A stretch of DNA of 63,060 nt, the filler included, from Reclinomonas americana ATCC 50394 (Eukaryota): assembly GCA_048213135.1 (NCBI GenBank). It is 21 parts of 21 records of this genome, joined end to end, with 100 filler letters (N's around TTAATTAATTAA, not from the genome) between each part and the next. Parts side by side here need not be neighbours in the genome. Positions count along the whole stretch, not along the records: positions 51,777 to 57,754 come from AFZH01020152.1; positions 57,855 to 59,446 come from AFZH01020153.1; positions 59,547 to 60,635 come from AFZH01020154.1; positions 60,736 to 63,060 come from AFZH01020155.1; 17 more parts are not named here. One strand, given 5' to 3'. Below the pieces are notes generated by a model that worked only from the letters and a program-made list of their open reading frames with translations, did no database searches and was not told where the DNA came from. The position numbers and the translations under genes are program-made. Shown here one piece after another: positions 57,751 to 63,060 of this stretch. Every line of letters starts with the position of its first letter. The first letter of the stretch is position 1.

Positions 57751-57870
57751 GACTNNNNNNNNNNNNNNNNNNNNNNNNNNNNNNNNNNNNNNNNNNNNTT
57801 AATTAATTAANNNNNNNNNNNNNNNNNNNNNNNNNNNNNNNNNNNNNNNNNNNNACGTACGTACGTCCGT

Positions 57871-57902
<32 letters not shown>

Positions 57903-57983
57903 ACGTCGTCGTCGTCGTCGTCGTCGTTCGTCGTCGTCGTCGTACGTACGTACGTAGTACGTACGTACGTCGTCGTCGTCGTC

Positions 57984-58054
<71 letters not shown>

Positions 58055-58765
58055 CTTTCTCATTTCCCTTTCCCCACACCTCTCCCTCGCTCTCCCTCTC
58101 CCTCTCCCACTCATCACACACTCAACCGACAACAACAACGTGATGATAAACGAGCGAAAAAGGCGATCTCCAGTGGCCACTTGCTCACACAATCACTCTC
58201 TCCTCACACACACAATCACAATGCATTCAAAATCACATGATCTCACCTTCCTCATTCTCCCTCCCTCTCTCACACACACAAACACAAACGCTTACGCTCT
58301 CCCTGTCTCTCTCTCTCTCTGTTACTCACACACTCCCTCGCACACACAATCACAATGCACTCAAAATCACAATGCAATCTCCCCTTCCCTCTCCCTCCCT
58401 CTCCCCTCTCCCCTCTCCCCTCTCCCCTCTCCCTCTCCCTCTCCCACTCATCACTCAACCGACAACAACAACGTGATGATAAACGAGCGAAAGGTGATCT
58501 CCAGCGGCCACTTGCTCTTATCAGGTCCATTCATCGGCAACAAAGCAACTTCGCCTTCTCCCTCCACTGCTGCTGCTGCTGCTGCTGATCCTCCTGCAAC
58601 ACGCTCTTCTGCGGGAGCAGCAGCAGAGGAGTCCTGAGGCAACTCTGTGAGAGAGAGAGACAGTGGGGGTCAGTGTCGCCTCCTGCTTTCTTTTCTCTTG
58701 CTTGCTGTGTGGGCCACACCTGCGCTCAGGCCCTCTGGCTCCTGCAGAATGCGGGAGGTGGCCAT
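52418..58765 (-). CDS. OPT-family oligopeptide/metal-chelate transporter, many exons (3' end not found)
   Basis: MATSRILQEP..; EITFRSFIITLLLS|IVLSSANTYLGL|FLGTTISVSIPSSILS; ETNMIQTGVSAGSS; GGILGVLLTVPLRRIL; SNNPVSGVTIL; AGDNMQDLK|AGALLGSTPYRQQ; PLVAPQSHLM; ALLFAAGLITGESVAGV. Confidence 0.92.
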
Positions 58766-59277
58766 ACTATGCGCGCGTGATGAGGAAAGATTAGAGTGAG
58801 TTGCGTGCGTGTCCTGCGACGTTGATTGGTTTTATTAGCAGTTGCAGCTTGCTCACGTACAAACGCGTGGTGTTGCTCGCTTGCACAGGATCCTGTGAGC
58901 ACGCGCGCCACACACTGCAATTTCATGTTGTGCAGCGCGCGACGTTATTTACTTGTGCACAATGCATGCAGAGATTCGATGTGTAAGCTGACCGCCTGGC
59001 TGTTGTCGGGTTTCCCCACATCAGTGTAAGCACCCCGACTTGCACCGAACGCTTTCCAAGTCGCCTCTTCGAATTCAAACACGACGGTCAGAGTTTTGTC
59101 ATGTTTGTTTTCACTCACTTGCATTTTCCGTATCCTTGCTGCGCCCATGTCATCCGCTGCCTCCGGTTCCTCTTCCTCTTCATCTGCTGCTGTGCCACCG
59201 ACCATTCACGGATATGGTGTTCCGGCATACAAGTTGAGAGAGAACGAGAGAGAGGGATAGGGAGAGAGAGAGCGAGA

Positions 59278-59339
<62 letters not shown>

Positions 59340-59608
59340 TAGTAGTAGTACGTACGACGTACGTACGTAACGTAACGTAACGAACGAAACGAACGACGAC
59401 GACGACGACGACGACGACGACGTAGGTAGGTAGGTAACGTACGTACNNNNNNNNNNNNNNNNNNNNNNNNNNNNNNNNNNNNNNNNNNNNTTAATTAATT
59501 AANNNNNNNNNNNNNNNNNNNNNNNNNNNNNNNNNNNNNNNNNNNNTAAGGACTACGTGACTACGTACGTACGTACACGTCCGTACGGTCGGTACGAGAG
59601 AGAGAGTA

Positions 59609-59666
<58 letters not shown>

Positions 59667-59705
59667 GTGAGTGTACTGCAGACTGACTAACGTGAGAAAC
59701 ACAGA

Positions 59706-62700
59706 GCGCAACTGGAGCCCATGGAGTGGAAGACTCCTGATCTCGGTCAGTCATGGGTTTTCTCTCTGCAAGTGTGCTGAGAGAAGCGCAGAGATCTTTG
59801 CATTTGTGTGTGTGTGTGTGCATGTGTGTTGTACGTGTGTGTGTGTTGAGAGGCAGTGAGAGATGCTGACAGATTCGATGCATGCCTGCAGGTCCGGGAG
59901 ACATTTTCGTGAAGGTTCTTGTTTTCTTTGTTTTTCCTTGTGTTTTTCTTGCATTCTCTCGCTGATGTTGTGGTTTCGTGTGTTAGATCACTGCGTGTGG
60001 CATCTGCTACACTGACTGCCATGTGATGGACGGTGACTGGGGAGGTGCGTGTTCTGATATCGAAATAGTTTCCGGAAATGCAGGGCAGGGGCAAAGGGAG
60101 AGTGGTGGAGAGAGGAAGAGGAGGGAGGAAAGAGTGGGGAGGGGAAGGCGAGAGTGGTTGGAATGCAAGAAGACGCAGATGCAAGTGATGTGTTGGGAGG
60201 AATACTGCATGTGCTCGGCCTTCATCCTCATTCCCTTTTCTTCCCTGTGCATTCTCAATCCCTCCCCCTTTTCCCCTCCCCCACCCCCCTCACCCTTCCC
60301 CTTCTCTCTGCAGACGTCTCCAAGATGCCCCTCGTCCCCGGCCACGAGATCGTGGGCCGCGTGGTGGCCTTTGGCGCTGACGTCAAGGGCTTCCATGAGG
60401 GCGAGCGCGTCGCCATCGGCTCGCTGTGCGGCGCCTGCATGTCGTTGCGTTCTCCCCCATTCCACCCTCCTTCTCCGACTCCCTCTCATTGCCTCCCTGA
60501 TGTGCAGGTGCGAATGCTGCTCGCGTGGCGAGGTCAACATGTGCCGCTACCAGCGTTACACGTACAACTGTCCCACGCATGGAGGTGCGTGAGTGAATGC
60601 GAGGGGTGCATTATACTGTTCGCCGCTCACTCTCTNNNNNNNNNNNNNNNNNNNNNNNNNNNNNNNNNNNNNNNNNNNNTTAATTAATTAANNNNNNNNN
60701 NNNNNNNNNNNNNNNNNNNNNNNNNNNNNNNNNNNGGGTCGGGTGGGGGGGGGGCGGGGTGGAGGGGGAGAGAGTGAAAGTGGCACCTGATGCAGTCTTG
60801 GTGACGATTTAGGTGACAACTCTGTGTAGGTGCATGTGTAAGAGAGAGGAAGAGAGAGTGAATGTGGCACATGATGCGGTCTTGGTGATGACAAGATGAT
60901 GAATCTGTGTGTGTGCGTGTGTGAGAGAGAGGAAGAGAGAGTGAATGTGGTACCTGATGCAGTCTTGGTGACGATTTAGGTGACAGATTTGTGTGTGTGT
61001 GTGTGTGTGTGTGCATGCGCGAGAGAAAGAGAGAGAGAAAGAGTGAAAGTGACACATGATGAAGTCTTGCATGTGTGAGAGAGAGGAAGAAGAGAGACAA
61101 GTGGTACCTGATACAATCTTGGTGGTGCTAAGTGACGACTGTGTGTGATTGTGGGTGAGAGAGAGTGAAAGTGACACATGATACTGTCTTGGTTGTGTGT
61201 GTACATGAGTGAGTGAGAGAGAGAGAGGAAGAGAGTGTGAAAGTGGCACCTGATACAGTCTTGTGTGTGTGTGTGTGTGCATGTGTGTGTGAGAGAAAAT
61301 GAAAGTAGAGCCTGATACAGTTTACGAGGCGATTCAGGTGACAACTCTGTGTGTGTGCATGTGTGAGAGAGAGAGGGAGAGAGTATGAAAGTGACACATG
61401 ATGCAGTCTTGGTTGTGTGTGTACATGAGTGTGTGAGAGAGAGTGTGAAAGTAGCACATGATGCAGTCTTTGTGATGTCTTAGGTGACAGTTCTGTGTAT
61501 GTGCATGTGTGAGAGAGACGGAGAGAGTGTGAACGTATAACCTGATACAGTTTAGGAGGCGATTTAGGTGACAACTCTGTGTATGTACATGTGTGAGAGA
61601 GAGGAAGAGAGAGTGAAAGTGACATATGATGCAGTCTTGGGTGACGATTTAGGTGACAACTCTGTGTGTGTACATGAGTGCGTGCGTGCGGCCACGAGTG
61701 TTCTTACCCCCCCGTGCAATACAGATGCTATGCGGTGGCATCACCGTGTACGGTGAGTTTTTTTGTGCACCCCTGCCCCGCCGTGCACACCTTCATTCAA
61801 TTCCACTCCTGTCACAGCTCCTCTGGACCACCACAATGTGCGCCCGCATCACCACGTCGGCATTATCGGTGTCGGCGGCCTTGGTCACTTGGTTCGTGGG
61901 ATTTTCTCAATTCCTTCTTCGAGGTATTCGCTGATCATGTTTTCTTGTGCAGGCCATTCAGTTCGCCAGCAAGTTCGGCTGCCACGTGACGGCCATCTCG
62001 ACCTCGGCCAACAAGCGGTTCGTCTCGTGCCCGGTGCCATTCGCCAGCAGCGTTCGCTCACATGCTGGTGTGTCGCAGTGAGGAGTGCGAGCAGCTCGGT
62101 GCCACTGGCTTTATCAACATGAAGAACGTGGAGGAGCTGAAGGCTGCTGCATTCACTTTTGGTGCGCACGCGATGAATTCTCATGCCCTCCCTGTGTACG
62201 CCTCACTTCCGCACTCGGCAGACTTTATCCTGGCCACCGCGCACGCGGACTGCGACTGGGATGTGAGTGCACTTGTATTTTGCTCCCGACCACTGCCAGT
62301 GTCGCTCACATGTTCTCTCAATTGCCAGCTCATTCTGAGCATGCTGAAGCCCGACGGTTTGCAACCTTCGACATTTGCTCTCGTCCTTTCTTCTCACCAA
62401 TCGGTGCAGGCAAGCTGTGCCTGGTCGGTATTCCGCCATCGGCTATCTCTTTCAAGGCCTTCTCGTTGATTCCGTACCGCCGCTCGATTGTCAGCAACCC
62501 GGCCGGCAGCGTGCAGCAGACGATTGACATGATGCATTTTGCCGCGCGCCACGGGATTCGCACGTGGACTGAGACCTTCCCGCACCAGGAGATCAACGCG
62601 GCGGTGGCCAAGCTGAAGCGGTGCGTGTGTACAAATGAGAGATGTACGTGTGTGTACAAATGAGAGATGTGTGTGTACGTATGTGCGAGTGTGTGAGCCT

Positions 62701-62984
62701 GTGCGTGTGTGTGTGCGTGTGAGACGAGTGCGGGTGTGTCCAAAATGAGAAATGTGCGTGTACGTATGTGTCGATGTGTGAGCCTGTGCGTGTGTGTGGG
62801 AACTCGAGGGGTGTGCGTGTGTACAAAATGAGAAATGTGTGTGTACGTATGTGCGGGTGTGTGTGTGTGTGCGTGCAGTATGAGAATGTGTGTAGAACGC
62901 GAGAGATGTGCTCATGCATCGAATCCGTATTGCAGTGGCGAGGTCCGCTACCGCGCGGTGGTGCTCTTCAACCAGGACGAGTAA
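59706..62984 (+). CDS. Zn-dependent NADP(H) alcohol dehydrogenase (cinnamyl-ADH/YahK-like); 5' end and one segment in gaps
   Basis: ITACGICYTDCH, PLVPGHEIVGRV (GHE motif), ACMS|CECCSRGEVNMC (structural Zn), MLCGGITVY, VGIIGVGGLGHL|AIQFA, GKLCLVG, FAARHGIR, EINAA, GEVRYRAVV..*. Confidence 0.95.
60770..61680. repeat. Intronic minisatellite, ~70-80 bp unit, ~12 copies (ADH intron)
   Basis: Recurring GTGAAAGTGGCACCTGATGCAGTCTTGGTGACGATTTAGGTGACAACTCTGTGT..GAGAGAGAGGAAGAGAGA. Confidence 0.9.
62625..62900. repeat. Degenerate GT-rich minisatellite in the last ADH intron
   Basis: Recurring GTACAAA(A)TGAGA(G/A)ATGTGTGTGTACGTATGTG. Confidence 0.8.
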
Positions 62985-63060
62985 CAAGTCTAAGGGTGGC
63001 GCGTTCACCAGGAGGCATGCAATGAACCCTCATTTTCTCCCCTTTCTAGAATCATAGCTT

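Noticed and set aside
57855..57985. ACGT/CGT/GTAC low-complexity runs at contig ends (also 6650-6670, 19734-19770, 59335-59446, 59547-59600)
   Set aside because: Occur only next to gaps and beside microsatellites; consistent with degraded pyrosequencing read tails cycling through the flow order, not telomeric or biological repeats.
58945..59205. 86-aa acidic ORF upstream of OPT
   Set aside because: Could not be spliced convincingly to OPT, which has a good start at 58765; no recognisable family, left uncalled.
60770..61680. Regularly spaced repeats resembling a CRISPR array (also 7035-7650)
   Set aside because: No unique spacers, whole units are degenerate copies, they lie in eukaryotic introns, and no cas genes are present.

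Overview
Draft-assembly scaffold of an intron-rich, GC-rich unicellular eukaryote (standard genetic code; organism not identifiable from this window). It is split by 20 artificial 100-bp gap linkers (N44-TTAATTAATTAA-N44). Genes reconstructed by hand-splicing: FCP1/SCP-type CTD phosphatase, an intronless bacterial-like pyridoxamine-5'-phosphate-oxidase-family gene, DDX51/Dbp6 helicase, an RNI-like LRR protein, TMEM147, V-ATPase subunit a, an RPQSA-motif hypothetical, GH39 beta-xylosidase, Vti1 SNARE (last exon), FkbM methyltransferase, GNPTAB-like Stealth phosphotransferase, katanin p60, complex I NDUFA7, an OPT-family transporter and a Zn-dependent alcohol dehydrogenase. Most notable: (1) at least 15 introns use a 1-nt-expanded 5' splice site GT-T-GCGN/GT-T-GAGT, several pinned by conserved protein motifs; (2) two divergent genes share a restriction-endonuclease-fold plus protein-kinase architecture like Crinkler/CR-type effectors; (3) long introns have GA-rich 5' ends and CT-rich 3' ends and each carries its own private minisatellite. 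All family assignments come from motif recognition, not database searches.
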